Of a stretch of DNA of 64,000 nucleotides, positions 1 to 16,586 are shown piece after piece. Origin of the DNA: the human T2T-CHM13v2.0 reference genome, Homo sapiens. The translations under genes were made by a program, and so were the position numbers. The notes under the pieces were generated by a model. It saw only the letters and a program-made list of their open reading frames with translations, had not been told where the DNA came from and ran no database searches. Position 1 is the stretch's first letter; each line of letters opens with the position of its first letter. The stretch spans positions 6,592,001 through 6,656,000 of the forward strand of contig CP086569.2 of NCBI GenBank assembly GCA_009914755.4, given 5' to 3'.

Positions 1-3
1 TCC

Positions 4-265
4 TTTTTTTTTTTTTTAAGAGGGAGTTTAGGCCTTGTTGCCCAGGTTGGAATTAGTGGCATGCAATCTCGGCTCACTGTAACCTCCACCTCCTGGGTTC
101 AAGGGATTCTCTTGCCTCAGCCTCCCAAGTAGCTGGGATTATAGGTGTGTACCACCACACCCATCTAATTTTTTGTGTTTTTAGTAGAAATGGGATTTCT
201 CCACATTGGTCAGTCTGATCTTGAACTCCCAGCCGCTTCAGGTGATCTGCCTGCCTCGGCCTCCT
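4..265 (-). mobile_element. Alu SINE, truncated at about 265, plus-strand poly-T at the start
   Basis: Reverse complement of the Alu consensus: poly-T, then gagggagtttaggccttgttgcccaggttgg ... cctcagcctcccaagtagctgggattataggtg. Confidence 0.85.
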
Positions 266-295
266 GTGTTTTTTTGTCTCTTAATTCAGAAATCT

Positions 296-594
296 GGCTG
301 GGCGCGGCAGCTCACACCTGTAATCCCAGCACTTTGGAAGGCTAAGGCGGGCAGATCACCAGGTCAGGAAATCGAGACCATCCTGGCTAACATGGTGAAG
401 CCCCATCTCTACTAAAAATAAAAAAAAAAAAAAAAAAAAAAAGGCGGGCGTGGTGACCCGTGCCTGTAGGCCCACCTATTCATGAGGCCGAGGCAAGAGA
501 ATGGCATGAACCGGGAAGGCGGAGCTTGCAGTAAGCGGAGATCGCACCACTGCCCTCCAGCTGGAGGACAGACTCCCTTTCAAAAAAAAAAAAA
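296..594 (+). mobile_element. Alu SINE, full length with A-rich linker and poly(A) tail
   Basis: Starts ggctgggcgcggcagctcacacctgtaatcccagcactttgg. Mid A-run at 415-441. Right arm ends gcaccactgccctccagc followed by poly-A. Confidence 0.9.
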
Positions 595-690
595 TTCATA
601 ATAATAGTTCAAAAATCCAGTACTGTTGAACCATTTGGTTTGTATGCCTGCTCACTCACTGGGTCTTCATTGATTGATTGATTGATTGAT

Positions 691-827
691 AGAGACACAC
701 TTTGGTAGAGTCTCACTTTGTTTTCCAGGCTGGTCTTGAACTCTATGGCTCAAATGATCCTCCCTGCTTGGCCTCCCAAAGCCTCCCAAAGTGCTGGGAT
801 TACAGGCATGCACCACCATGCCTGCTC
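691..827 (-). mobile_element. Alu left-monomer fragment (FLAM-like), preceded by a (GATT)n microsatellite at 670-690
   Basis: Reads ggctggtcttgaactc ... cctcccaaagtgctgggattacaggcatgcaccaccatgcctg. Confidence 0.6.
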
Positions 828-1566
828 TCTGAGTCTTGACTTACCTCTGAGTGAGCCAAGGTTTGCTTTCCATTTTGGAAAGCTCCGAGATTGCTGAGCA
901 GCTCAGAGACACACTTGTGGGTCTAGGTCCTCATTCCTTTTCAAGTACCTCCTGGTCTGGGTCCTGCCACCCTTGGTTTGGGACTTTATTTGGGACTCTG
1001 CCAGAGCCACTTTTCTGGACTTGGAGTCTCAGAGTCTGTGTCACCTGTGTCAGCTGTGGATAAGGAATGAGACCACCATGATGCAAGGAGAGGTGGCTCA
1101 TGGGGCCTGGCTCCCAGGACTTTTCCTGATGCATGTTTGCATTTCTGGGGCCGGAATCAAGAGCCTCTGGGCTTGTGGCTTCACAGAATGGTGGAAGAAG
1201 ACTGGTGGAGTTAGAGACAGAAGACTCAACCATGATAATCAGCTTGTTAATCAGCATTTTGGTTCAAAAATAATTTGGGAGTGTATTGATCAGGTTTCTG
1301 CCAGGCTAATGTTGCACAACAAATGGCCTCCAAATTCAGAGGCTTAAATTATTTCTTTCTTGCTCACTACTCGGTGTTAAGCTGTGTCTCTCATGGGCTC
1401 ATTTGGGAATAGGAAGGCCTGGTCAGGTTCTGGGCTAGGTTTAAGGTTTAAGGTTTATGTCCTCATTCTGGGATCAGGGGATCCTGGGGCATATTTTTGT
1501 TTGTGCTTCTCCTGTCAGGTATAGGAAGCCAAGATAAATCATGCAGGCAAATTTAAAGCTTCTGTC

Positions 1567-1870
1567 GGCTGGTTGCAGTGGCTCAGCATGTAATCCCAGC
1601 ACTTTGGGAGGCACAGGTGGGCAGATCACCTGAGGTCAGGAGTTCAAGACCAGCCTGACAAACATGGAGAAACCCCGTCTCTACTAAAACTGCAAAAAGT
1701 AGCCGGGTGTGGTGGCAGACACCTGTAGTCCCAGCTATTCTGGAGACTGAGGCAGGAGAATAGCTTGAATCCAGGAGGCTGAGGTTTCAATGAGCGAGAT
1801 TGCGCCACTGCATTCCATTTGGGGCAACAGGAGGGAAACTCCATTTCAAAAAAACAAAACAAAACAAAAC
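1567..1870 (+). mobile_element. Alu SINE with (CAAAA)n tail
   Basis: Starts ggctggttgcagtggctcagcatgtaatcccagcactttgggagg and ends in caaaacaaaacaaaac. Confidence 0.9.
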
Positions 1871-2206
1871 AGCAGTGGTAGCTCAGGTGATTTTTCATGC
1901 TAACCTACTTTAAAAGCTGCCAGAACAATTGTGGAGTGGGAAGTCTCTCATTTCTCCAGTCCTACTCTGACAAGATCTAAGAATAACTTTGAGGAGGTGG
2001 ACATGTGGCCCTTTGATCTCCTTGTCTGGAGTATTTCTTGGTAGGAGCAGAGCTTATGGGAAGATGGTCTTCAGTGAGTGTTGACATTGTGGGTTGGGCA
2101 GTTGGTGTTGTGGGTGGGGCTGATTATCGTAATCTTCCTTCACCATTGAGGGATTTAATCTTCCCTGGTTTCCATTACTTGATGCTCTAAATACTTTTCT
2201 CTCCTT

Positions 2207-2520
<314 letters not shown>

Positions 2521-3162
2521 CGCAGCCTGCCTTCCTTTTAGGTAACCATAAACTGGAATATGTGCATGGAAGAGTTAAAGGAGGCAAATCACACTTGGAG
2601 TCAAGAACCTTGATGCTGGATTTAGCAGCTATTTACCAACCACCTCCTCTTCCAGAATAAGTAGCAGAACTTTGACCCCCGGGGGACTGTGGTGTACTTG
2701 GAAGACACAAGGCAAAGGTGTAAAAAGGGAGCTCTGGACATAGGAATTGAAATGAGGCTAATAGCTGGTGAGATGGCCTGGGACTAGAGGCCAGGGAGAC
2801 TGGAAGAGGAGGAGTTCCTTGACAGGGTGTGCTCCTAAGAGATCCTGAAGAGTGAGCAGAGATTGACAAGAGAGGCAAGAGGAGACCTAGAGTTATCAGG
2901 GCTGCAGAGGTGTCCTTGCAACGTAGAGGCCTTAGTGTTCATGTTGGCTTCCAGGGTAGGGGCGGTGCATTTGCGGCTGGCTGAAGATGGCATAAATGGG
3001 ATAGTGGATAAAAAGATGAGGGTATTGTCAACGCACGTCTCCTTGGAGAGGTTCTCCTTGCAGATAAGGGGAGAAATGGAACAGCACTTGATAGGAAAGC
3101 AGGTGTTGGGGAAAGACTTTTTATACTAGGGGAGACTGGTTGAGTAAAATAGCTTTGAGAGG

Positions 3163-3307
3163 ACCAGGGGCAGTGGCTCATGTCTGTAATCTCAGTGCTT
3201 TGGAACGCTGAGGTTGGTAGGATTGCTTGAGTCCAGTAGGTCAAAGCTGCAGTGAGCTATAATCATTCACTGCTCTCCACCCTGGACAACAGAATGAGAC
3301 ACTGTCT
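3163..3307 (+). mobile_element. Alu fragment or internally deleted Alu (about 145 bp)
   Basis: Starts gaccaggggcagtggctcatgtctgtaatctcagtgctttgg and ends ccaccctggacaacagaatgagacactgtctc. Confidence 0.6.
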
Positions 3308-4769
3308 CTTGGGCAGGAGAGGGAAAGAGATTCAAGAGATAAGATAAAGAATGGAAGCACAGGACATAATTTTTGCAGGAGGGAGATTTTTGAGGGTTTA
3401 GCCTTGGAAAAGGAGAGTAGAGACAGATGGGAAGGTCATAAATGTGAAACATTTGGAAGCAGAAGATGATTTATCTTAAAGTTTTGCCTAGAGATGACTA
3501 ATGTGAAGGTCTTGGTGTTCTAAGGGAGAAAGGAAAGACAGAGATGGTGGGTCTACTGGATACAGGAAGCAACCCAGGCTTTCAGATTTTATAGCTGGGG
3601 AGCAGAGTACATGCTTGGGGATGGGGAGGCTGCTGGCCAGGACTGACTTCCTCCTGCCATGACCCCTACCTAGAATTAGAGCAGCCTCATTTAGTGTACT
3701 TGATTCAAGGCCTTTTGTTTAAGAGCTTATTTGCACTCATTACAGTCATTGCTTAATATCTTTGGGGGATTGGTTCCAGGACCTCTTGCGGATACCCAAA
3801 TGCATGCACACTCAAATCCTGCAGTGTACCCTGCAAAACCTGGTGATAGGAAAAGTCAGCACTCTGTATCTGGGGTTTTGCATCCCAAGGATACTGTATT
3901 TTCCTTCCGAATTTGATTGTGAATGGAGAACTGAGCCATAAGGATACCAATGGTATTTATTGAAAGAAAAGTCATGCTGTTTGATTGCTGTTTGAACCAC
4001 AAAAACCAAGCAACCAACCAAAGCCCCCAAAACTAAAGCTTTAAAAACCAATATCTGGAGAATAAACCAAAACCAACTAAAGCATGAAGATGGTCTAACT
4101 CAGAATGCCCAGTAGAACTTTCTACCATATGGAAATATTTTGTATCTGTGTAGCCTCATTGCCACAGCTGGCTAAGGGCACAATGGGCCAAGTCATCCTT
4201 ACTAGGCAGTGTCAGCCACACTGGGCCATGTCAGCCACACCAGACCACACTGGGCCACGTCACCCACAGTGGGCCATTCTAGGCTATGCCACTCACATTG
4301 AGTTGTGTCACTCACCCTGCACCATGCTGGGCCACATCACTCACACTTGACAGGGTCCTGTCTTTTTCCACTCTGGTGCCCCCTTTATCCTCATGCTCAA
4401 GACTCAAAACACCAGTGGCTCAGCAGCCAGTGTGGGGGCAGAAACTTCAGTGAGGCCCCAACTTGTGCCCTTGTGGGGCAGCAAGCACAAACTCCAAACT
4501 CCTTGTTTTGAGCCTCAGACTCAAAGGGTCAAGAGTCTTTATTGGCCCCTTTGTTTTACACCAGGGTCCATAACCTATGTGTGCACCTGACTTTCTTTAG
4601 TCACTGAGGTGACTGAGTGAAGCCACAGAGGTCTCAGAATCACTTTCTAAAACAAATAAAAAATAGAATTGCAAATAATGTTATTAACAGTGCAGTTGTC
4701 AAAATATCAAAAGCAATTTGTTGAATAGTGTTTTTCTTCTTACTGTTAAAATATATGTAATATAAATTG

Positions 4770-5225
4770 TATTATTTTAACCATTTTTAAGTGTACAGTT
4801 CAGTAACAGTACATTCACAGTGTTGTGCAGCGAACCTCCAGAAGTCCTTCTGTCTTGTAATCCTGAAACTCCATACCTGCTACCTACTCCTTCCCCTACT
4901 TCCCCAGTCTGTGGCACCCACCATTGACTTTGTGTGTCTATGTGCTTCACAACTGTGGGACCTCAGAGAAGTGGAATCCTGCAGTATTTATCTTTTTGTG
5001 ACTGGATTATTTCACTCAGCATAGTGTTCTCCAGGTTCATCAACATGGTAGCATGTCTCAGAATGTCTTTCTTTTTTAATGCTCAGTACTATTCCATTGT
5101 ATGGATAGGTCACTTTATTCCTCTGCGGATGGTTACCTAGGTTGCTTCCACCTTTTGACTGTAATGCATAATGCTTCTGTGAACTTCCCTGCACAAATAT
5201 TTCTTTGAGATTTTGTTATAGTTGT
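4770..5225 (+). mobile_element. Old LINE-1 (L1M/L1PB-like) 3'-end fragment
   Basis: Contains the characteristic segment tgtgactggattatttcactcagcatagtgttctccaggttcatcaacatggtagcatgtctcagaatgtctttcttttttaatgctcagtactattccattgtatgg, typical of the 3' region of older L1 subfamilies. Confidence 0.5.
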
Positions 5226-5232
5226 TTAATAT

Positions 5233-5760
5233 GTGTGTTTTAAACCTTTTTTCCTTTCATTTTTTTCTTTCCTTACACCCCTTTCTTTTTCCTTTTTTTA
5301 TTTCTCCCTTTCTTTTCCCCTTTCCTTTTTACCCTTTTCTTTCTACTTTCCTTTTTTTCCTTTTCTAAGACCTTTCTTTACCATTTTTCCCTTCCCTCCT
5401 TTTTTTCTCTGCTCTTGTTTTTTTTCCTTTCCTTTTTGTTGCCTTGTCCTTTCCTTTCCTCTCCTCTCTCTTTTGCCCTTCCCTCTCCTCTCTTCTCCTC
5501 CCCTCCCCTCCTTGCCTTTCTTCTCCTCTCTCCTCCACTTTCTTCTCCTCTTCTCTCCCCTTTCCCCTTCCTTTCCCATTCTTCTTCCCTTTCCCCTTCC
5601 GTATTCCATCCCCTCCACTTCACTCTTCTCTTTCCTTTTCTGCCTCCCTACAGCTTTTCCCCCCATCCCTTTGCCACCCGACCATTTGCCCTGCCCTCGT
5701 CCTCCATGCCCTGCTCTTACCTTTTCTTACTTTACCTTTCCTTTTTCCTTTTATAACAGA
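5233..5760. repeat. Polypyrimidine (CT-rich) low-complexity tract of about 530 bp on the plus strand, of the form (CCTTT/TTCC/TCTC)n
   Basis: Almost exclusively C and T on the plus strand, with degenerate TTCCTTT, CCTCTC and CCCTTCC motifs. It generates spurious S/L/F/P-rich and K/E/R/G-rich ORFs on the two strands. Confidence 0.9.
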
Positions 5761-5990
5761 GTATCTCACTCTCCCAGGCTGCCATGCAGTACCATGATCA
5801 TGTCTCACCGTAACCCTTGTCAGTCTCCCAGGCACAAGCTATCCTCCCAGCTCATTGTCCCAATAGCTTGGACTACAGGCACAAGCCACCCTGCCCAGCT
5901 AATTTTGTATTTTTAATGGAGATGAGGTCTTAGTATGTTGCCCACATGGGTCTTGAACTCCTGGGCTCAAGCAATGCTCTGGCCTTGGAG
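5758..5990 (-). mobile_element. Alu SINE, minus orientation
   Basis: Reads gagtatctcactctcccaggctg ... ggactacaggcacaagccaccctgcccagctaattttgtatttttaatggagatgaggtcttagtatgttgcccacatgggtcttgaactcctgggctcaagcaatg. Confidence 0.85.
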
Positions 5991-6329
5991 CGAATCAGCA
6001 AGACAGGTGGTTTGGCTATTAGAGGACAGTGATGTTCCACAGGTTCCTTGGACCAGGGAGTGGCCCAGGAGGTTGAGATAAGGCATCCAAATTACAGACA
6101 AGTTAGTGGGATTTATTGGGATTCTTGATTTTCCTCAATTGTGAGAAATTCCTCTTTCCACTTACCTTCCATGGAAACCCAGAACACCGTCGGTCCCACT
6201 TAGGCAGTCTTAAGAGTATAGCTGCATTTATTCTCTTTCCAAATCCCATTAGACTTGAGGTCAGAGTCTCACTTTACTTGTTTTCAATATTTAAACCATT
6301 ATACCTAACAGCTGAATGGACTGTATGCT

Positions 6330-7400
<1,071 letters not shown>

Positions 7401-8713
7401 AGATATCTTCCAGTCACATTTTCCCCCTTTTAAAAAATCTTTTGGACAAAGCATTTTATAAGAAAATGAGTCTCTGGGCTCAGGTTTCATCTGATCTCTC
7501 GTGGCTAAGAGGAATTATGCCTAGATGGGTAGGCCGGAAAGCTCATTTTTAGCAGGTTGTGAAGTTTCATGTCCTGTGAAGAGAACATAGCCAGAGGAAG
7601 GGAGAAAAAACAACAATCCTGAAAAATCACTCTAGGCCATATTACTCTACAGTCCATGCTTTAGTAGGCAGGTATGAAAGTGATTTATTTATGTAAATAG
7701 GTTGCTTTTATTTTCTTTTGAAGTTTAAGTTGTCTGGCCTCAGTTCACAGGGTTTTTTAAAACACAGCTTAGTTTTCAGTGACTCCAAATTTCAAAGAAA
7801 GGAAAAAAGAAGGAAGAAAATTGAAAGTATTATTTTGAACACTTGCAGCTAAGAAAAATTAGAATTTGGTCCAAACTGTAGATAATAATAAAAATTGAAA
7901 AAGTTAGGCAAGACTAGAATTAACAGGTCTACTGTAGTGTTGAAACATAATTTTTCTCTCTCCAGTTTCCCATTTTTGCTAAAGACAAATGATGGGACTG
8001 GTTTGCTTTATTTATTTTTTCAACTAACATTTATTAAAAATTGAAGATTACAGAAAAGCAAAAGATTGGCACCATTAAACAAGCTTAGTTAACTTACCTT
8101 TGATTAATAAATGAAAGTATTTAATAACACTCAAGGAATTTTGAGAATAAGGTCTATTCCAGCTTTAGAAATTAAAAACAAAGCAAAGCAGCTATTCTTT
8201 AAAGGAGAAAGCAACCATCCATCTCCCACTAGTGGTAAAAGATAAAGTTGCTGCTGAAAAGCTGAATTACTCTTCTAGGCATAAAACTGCTCAGACATTT
8301 ATTTTATAGAATTCTAACTTAAGATTCTAAATCAGTATATAAGGGGAATAGCTCTATTTTTGTCAACAAAAATTAGACCTACTTCCCAGTAATAGTATGG
8401 ATTTAAAAAATTAGACATAATTTTCACTTACTATGAATGCTAATCTCTCTAGAAATCTGATCTCTCCAGAAAAAAATATTTTGCCAATGACATTTGGGGT
8501 ATCTGGGGCTTCCAGCAAGTAAAAGTTTATAAAGCCATAACCAAACTGTGAGCAAAAGAAAAGAGAGCAGTTCTTCTCTGTTGGTAAATATTCTGGGATA
8601 GAGCACGAAAGGAGCTGACTCAGAAGAATAAAGTAGTAAGCAGCAGTGAGTGGGGTTTGTAACAACTCAGCGTACATCAAAAGAAACAATATGATATAAT
8701 TATAAGAGTTCTT

Positions 8714-9018
<305 letters not shown>

Positions 9019-11052
9019 GTTCTTAAGCAAAACACTTTTCATTTTGGTATTCAGTTTCAAAAGACAGCTCTGCCACACTGCAAGTTTTAATTACAACCAT
9101 ACACACTCATTTAGATTTCACTATTGAACTACTTTCACATACAAGAAGGAACTCAAAATAGAAATGACTTATGATAACAGGTATTGTTATTCCCTCACAG
9201 CTTTAGGGAAAACAGGCTTTAATAAGTACAGAATGTACAGAAGAAATTTATATATGCAAAAGTGCATTAATATAGTAATACATTTAGCAGTAATACAGGA
9301 AAAAAAATCCTGGTTAACAATCTGATACATTATAGTATTTAAGACTACTTGAAGATTCTGCAAACCATCCAACTTCCTACTTGCTTTGGTTATGATATTG
9401 CTACTACATAACTAATCTTTGAAACTAAAAAGCAAAAACAAAAACCCACAATTTGAAATTTTTACCCATCTGTAAATTGTTTTGCATGTACTTGTGTTTA
9501 TCACTAATAGCTTTTGACAATAGTCTTTAAATTCCTAACACAAAGATTCAGAATAGAAAATCCTTGCTAAGTGAGAGTACTTCAAATAAGAAATTAAATG
9601 GATCCACTGCAGGAACAGATATCATTGGTTCCATTGCTAAAATCCTAATCTAGATAACCTAACTACAAATCTCAATTTCAGTCTCAGTTTAAATCCAATA
9701 GATCAGCTACTGTTAAAGAGCCAGCAGCTCCACAAAGCAAGTCATGGCTTCAGGCCACTGTTCTTAGAACAATTCAGAATACTAAGTGTTAACTTGTTAT
9801 TTATACATACAGTCTACAACTGCCTTTACACCATCAAAATGTATATGCATAATTAGAGCAAGTCTCCTGTTTTTCTCCTCCATCCCTCACCACAAAAATG
9901 AATACAGATTTCCGCAGGTTTTCTTGGCCACAAAGATGTAACAAAGAAATTCGACAATAAAAAAAGTACTACATACTGAATTTAAAGCCCAAGGAGTTTT
10001 TCTTATTTTGGGATGAGTGTCAAATTAAAATTTAATTTGCCATTATATGTTCTAGGTTAAAATACTAATTATCTTAGTTTAAAAAATGAGGGAGAGCCAA
10101 AAAATATTTTAATGTTAAAAAATACAATTAAGTTTTAATGAGTCAACCCAGATCTTCAGCTGTACCATGCAAATTCCTTACTTTTAATGGCCAGTTAGAA
10201 CAATTTTGAGAATTCCTTCTAAGCCTTTTGGAATAAGTAAATTATTTTCCAAAGAAATAAGTAGTTATGTTCCAGATACTATGCTAACAAAGATGCCCAG
10301 CTTAAAATATCTAAGACAGTTTTTATTCACTTAGCATAATTTTATTTTTAATACAAAGTTTATCTTAACTTTATCAGACTTAAAATGAATCCAAAGTTAC
10401 CACAGTATATGTGTACACAAATACTTATTTCCTAACCGATAGTCCTTTTCAGAATTAAATTTACTTCTAGTTCAGACATGTTGAATGAGTCAGTGCACTG
10501 AACATCAACACTATTATTTGAATGCAAGTGGGGATTTTCTTATTAATTTTCCCATACTATAAACGAACTGTGAGTACGCTCCACCAATTCCAAACAAACG
10601 TTCTTCTTGAAGATAGAAGTCCTAAAAGGTCATCTGTTAAAGGAAGGAAGAGGAGTGTGTTCTAGCTATTACACAAATGAATTCAAAGAATTCCTAGAAA
10701 ATCAACTTGCTATATAATCTCTGTCCTTGAAGCACTTTTGCCTGCACCTTGAGCAATATCTACTTAATCCAAGGGACAGATGAACTGGACAAAACATCCA
10801 TAGCCTAACAAAAATGAGGTAAGTCTCATGAAAAAAGTGTTATTTTATTCTAAGTTCTAATTGGGACAGAATGAACTAGCCCTTTATACCTCACTACACA
10901 TTGTAATACACCACCTTCCTTTAATTCAGTTTCAAAACTGTAGAAAAATATTATATATGTCACTTAGTGAAATGCAAGTCTCATCCTTTAAAAAGCTGTG
11001 GTAGGAACTGAGATACTACCATAAGATCTCTAATAAAATGTTTCTTGATAAA

Positions 11053-11069
11053 TCTGTGGGAAATTTATT
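11053..11069. repeat. Target-site duplication (left copy) of the L1 insertion: tctgtgggaaatttatt
   Basis: Identical 17-mer at 15133-15149. The left copy is immediately followed by a plus-strand poly-T, which is the L1 poly(A) on the minus strand. Confidence 0.8.
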
Positions 11070-11103
11070 TTTTAATTTTTTTATTATGTATATATTTTAA
11101 GTT

Positions 11104-13060
<1,957 letters not shown>

Positions 13061-13125
13061 TATTTTGCTCGTTAGTTGATGCAGTTTCTTCCTGGCATCG
13101 ATGGTCTTTACAGTTTGGCATGTTT

Positions 13126-14140
13126 TTACAGCGGCTGGTACCAGTTGTTCCTTTCCATGTTTAGTGCTTCCTTCTGGAGCTCTTTTAGGGCAGGCCTGGT
13201 TGTGGCAAAATCTCTCAGTATTTGCTTGTCTGTAAAGTATTTTATTTCTCCTTGACTTCTGAAGCTTAGTTTGGCTGGATATGAAAATCTGTGTTGAAAA
13301 TTCTTTTCTTTAAGAATGTTGAATATTGGACCCCACTCTCTTCTGGCCTGTAGAGTTTCTGCCAAGAGATCTGATGTTAGTCTGATGGGCTTCCCTTTGT
13401 GGGTAACCCGACCTTTTTCTCTGGCTACCCTTAACATTTTTTCCTTCATTTCAACTTTGGTGAATCTGACAATTATGTGTCTTGGCATTGCTTTTCTTGA
13501 GGAGTATCTTTGTGGCATTCCGTGTTATTTCCTGAATTTGAATGTTGGCCTGTCTTGCTAGGTTGGGGAAGTTCTCCTGGATAATACTCTGCAGAGTGTT
13601 TTCCAACTTGGTTCCATTCTCCCCGTCACTTGCTGGTACACCAATCAGACGTAGATTTGGTCTTTTCACATAGTCCCATATTTCTTGGAGGCTTTGTTTA
13701 TTTCTTTTTATTCTTTTTTCTCTAAACTTCTGTTCTCACTTCATTTCATTCATTTGATCTTCAGTCACTGATACCCTTTCTTCCAGTTGATCGAATCGGC
13801 TACTGAAGCTTGTGCATTCGTCACGTAGTTCTCTTGCCATGGTTTTCAGCTCCATCAGGTCCTTTAAGGACTTCTTTGCATTGGTTATTCTAGTTAGCCA
13901 TTCATCTAATCTTTTTTCAAGGTTTTTAACTTCTTTGTGATGGCTTCGAACTTCCTCCTTTAGCTCGGAGAAGTTTGATCATCTGAAGCCTTCTTCTCTC
14001 AGCTCGTGAAAGTCATTCTCTGTCCAGCTTTTTTCTGTTGCTGGTGAGGAGCTGCGTTCCTTTGGAGGAGGAGAGGCGCTCTGATTTTTAGAGTTTCCAG
14101 TTTTTGTGTTCTGTTTTCTCCCCATCTTTGCGGTTTTGTC
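13126..14140 (-). pseudogene. L1 ORF1 (RNA-binding protein), disrupted by a frameshift
   Basis: ORF-track pieces 13451-13669 and 13126-13518 carry ORF1 C-terminal motifs (REWGPIFNILKEKNFQ, YPAKLSF, ALKELQKEALNMERNNWYQPL) in two different frames. Confidence 0.8.
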
Positions 14141-15132
14141 TACCTTTGGTCCTTGATGATGGTGATGTACAGATGGGGTTTTGGTGTGGCTGTCCTTTCT
14201 GTTTGTTAGTTTTCCTTCTAACAGTCAGGACCGTCAGCTGCAGGTCTGTTGGAGTTTGCTGGAGGTCCATTCCAGACCCCGTTTGCCTGGGTATCAGTAG
14301 TGGAGGCTGCAGAACAGCGAATAATGCTGAACAGCAAACGTTGCTGTGTGATCGTTCCTCTGGTGGTTTCCTCTCAGAGGGGTACCCGGCCATGTGGGGT
14401 GTCAGTCCGCCCCTACTGGGGGGTGCCTCTCAGGCTACTCGGGGGTCAGGGACCCACTTGAGGGGGCAGTCTGTCCGTTCTCAGATCTCCAGCTGCATGC
14501 TGGGAGAACCACTGCTCTCTTCAAAGCTGTCAGACAGGGACATTTAAGTCTGCAGAGGTTTCTGCTGCCTTTTGTTCGTTTATGCCCTGCCCCAGAGGTG
14601 GAGTCTACAGAGGCAGGCTGGCCTCCTTGAGCTGTGGTGGGCTCCACCCAGTTCGAGCTTCCTAGGCTGCTTGTTTTACCTACTCAAGCCTCAGCAATGG
14701 TGGGCGCCCCTCCCCCAGCCTTGCAGCCACCTTGCAGTTTGATCTCAGACTGCTGTGCTAGCAATGAGCAAAGCTCCATGGGCGTGGGACCCTCTGAGCA
14801 AGGCACAGGATATAATCTTCTGTTGTGCTGTTTGCTAAGACCATTGGAAAAGCACAGTATTAGGGTGGGAGTGACCCAATTCTCCAGGTGCTGTGTGTCA
14901 CAGCTCTGCTTGGCTATGAAAGGGAGTTCCCTGACCCCTTGTGCTTCCTGGGTGAGGTAATGCTTCACGCTGCTTTGGCTCATGCTTGGTGCGCTGCGCC
15001 CACTGTCCGACAAGCCCCAGTGAGATGAACCCGGTACCTCAGTTGGAAATGCAGAAATCACCTGTCTTCTGCGTTGCTCATGCTGGGAGCTGTAGACTGG
15101 AGTTGGTCCTATTCAGCCATCTTGGAACCGCC
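14140..15132 (-). promoter_or_regulatory. L1 5'UTR of about 1 kb, carrying the internal sense promoter and antisense promoter region
   Basis: Position between the L1 5' terminus at 15132 and the ORF1 start inferred at about 14140. CpG-rich relative to the surroundings. Confidence 0.6.
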
Positions 15133-15149
15133 TCTGTGGGAAATTTATT
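15133..15149. repeat. Target-site duplication (right copy) of the L1 insertion: tctgtgggaaatttatt
   Basis: Identical to 11053-11069. Confidence 0.8.
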
Positions 15150-16586
15150 ATGCCTTCAGTTAACAAAGTTTATTTTCAAAGGGGAGACATAAAATTTGCT
15201 CTAATGTCAGTTCTCTACAGATGAGAACCAATACTACAGTAACTAAGTCTTGCCTTTTTATCAGTTGGTTAGTTAGGATGTATATTAGAAAGAAATACTA
15301 CTGAGTTGGATTGTTTTAAGTTGAAATCTCAGAAATATACCATATTGAATAAATTCTTACTTATTCCAAGAAAGAAATAGTGCAAACTTTGAATTATCTA
15401 CACAAAACATTAAAATGGAAAAAAATGTACAGCACATGAAGAGAGACCAAAGAGCTTTTTATGTCTTTTTTTGCTAGTTTCTTTTTGGAGGGACAGAGGA
15501 CTCTTTATTCTCCCTCTTGGATCATAAGCAAGCCCAAGTCATTTAATTATTTTATTTTCATCAAAGGAAATGTTTTCAATCTCCTTCAACCCAACTTTAT
15601 GGACTATCTCTAATTTATAGTACTATAACCACAGTTCATCTGGATTTACACAAAATTTCATGATGCACTTATATAAACATTCAAACCTTTACAAACTTTA
15701 AAAATTAACTCTGTGGCACTTTGGTAAACTTAATAGTGACTCAGGTTAAATTGAAAGTAATAAGACTGTGATTATTCGGACAGTAGGGAAATTGGTCTTA
15801 AATTACATCATGACCTTGTTTAGGATTTTCTTTTACTGGTCACTGACTGTCACTGTTAAACAAATAGTTTCCAAGTATTTGACAGATAAATGCTGCTCTG
15901 TGGTCTCCAGAAGTGGCCTGTTTTCCCTGAAAAATAGATAAAGATGGCAGGCAATCATTCTGTGGGATTTTGCTTTTGCTAAGAGCAGGTAAAGAATTTA
16001 GACACAGTTGTTCTGCTATCCATTTGCTCTTACTATACTTGGAAGGGAAAACAATAAGGTTAAGTCATTCTGTCTCCACAAAGTATCTGGTGTCTATCCC
16101 TGTGTCATTTATTTATGTGGTGGACAGCAGAATTCTTGCCTTCTGCTTTTATTTTCCTCTATCTCTTTTAAATATACTTTTTGGGCTTCTCTTAGAAGCT
16201 CTTTCATAGGTATGTCTTTCCAGTTCTCTACCTTTGTAATTTCTTGTTAATATGTGGCCAACTATTAGTTACAAAATGAAGCTTTAACATCCCTCATTTG
16301 AGAGGGGTTTTCTAATTCTAGAACTACATATTTCCTCATTTGCTCTTTGAGTCTTTCTAGAAATTTTGAAACAAAAGATCAGTTTCTTAAAAATTATACA
16401 CTTGGTCTGTCATCTATTTTCTCTTCCATAAAACTAAAGGTCTCTTAGCACAGTTGCCACCCCTGGAGTTCACTAGGCAACAATATCAACCTGGGGATCA
16501 TGTCCTCATCAAAAGCTGGAAGGCAAAAAGCTCAAACCAGCCTGGGAAGGACATTACTTAGTGCTCTTAACTACTGAAACTGCAGT

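Noticed and set aside
3765-3960. Possible DNA-transposon relic with a motif similar to ggtcc..ggacc.cttgcggatacccaaa
   Set aside because: It resembles a human interspersed repeat I cannot name with confidence, and the similarity is limited to about 40 bp, so it is not reported as a feature.
5233-5916. 227-aa plus-strand ORF, plus overlapping 107-, 81-, 113- and 117-aa ORFs
   Set aside because: They are entirely encoded by the CT-rich low-complexity tract, giving S/L/F/P-rich or K/E/R/G-rich translations. They are a compositional artefact, not a gene.
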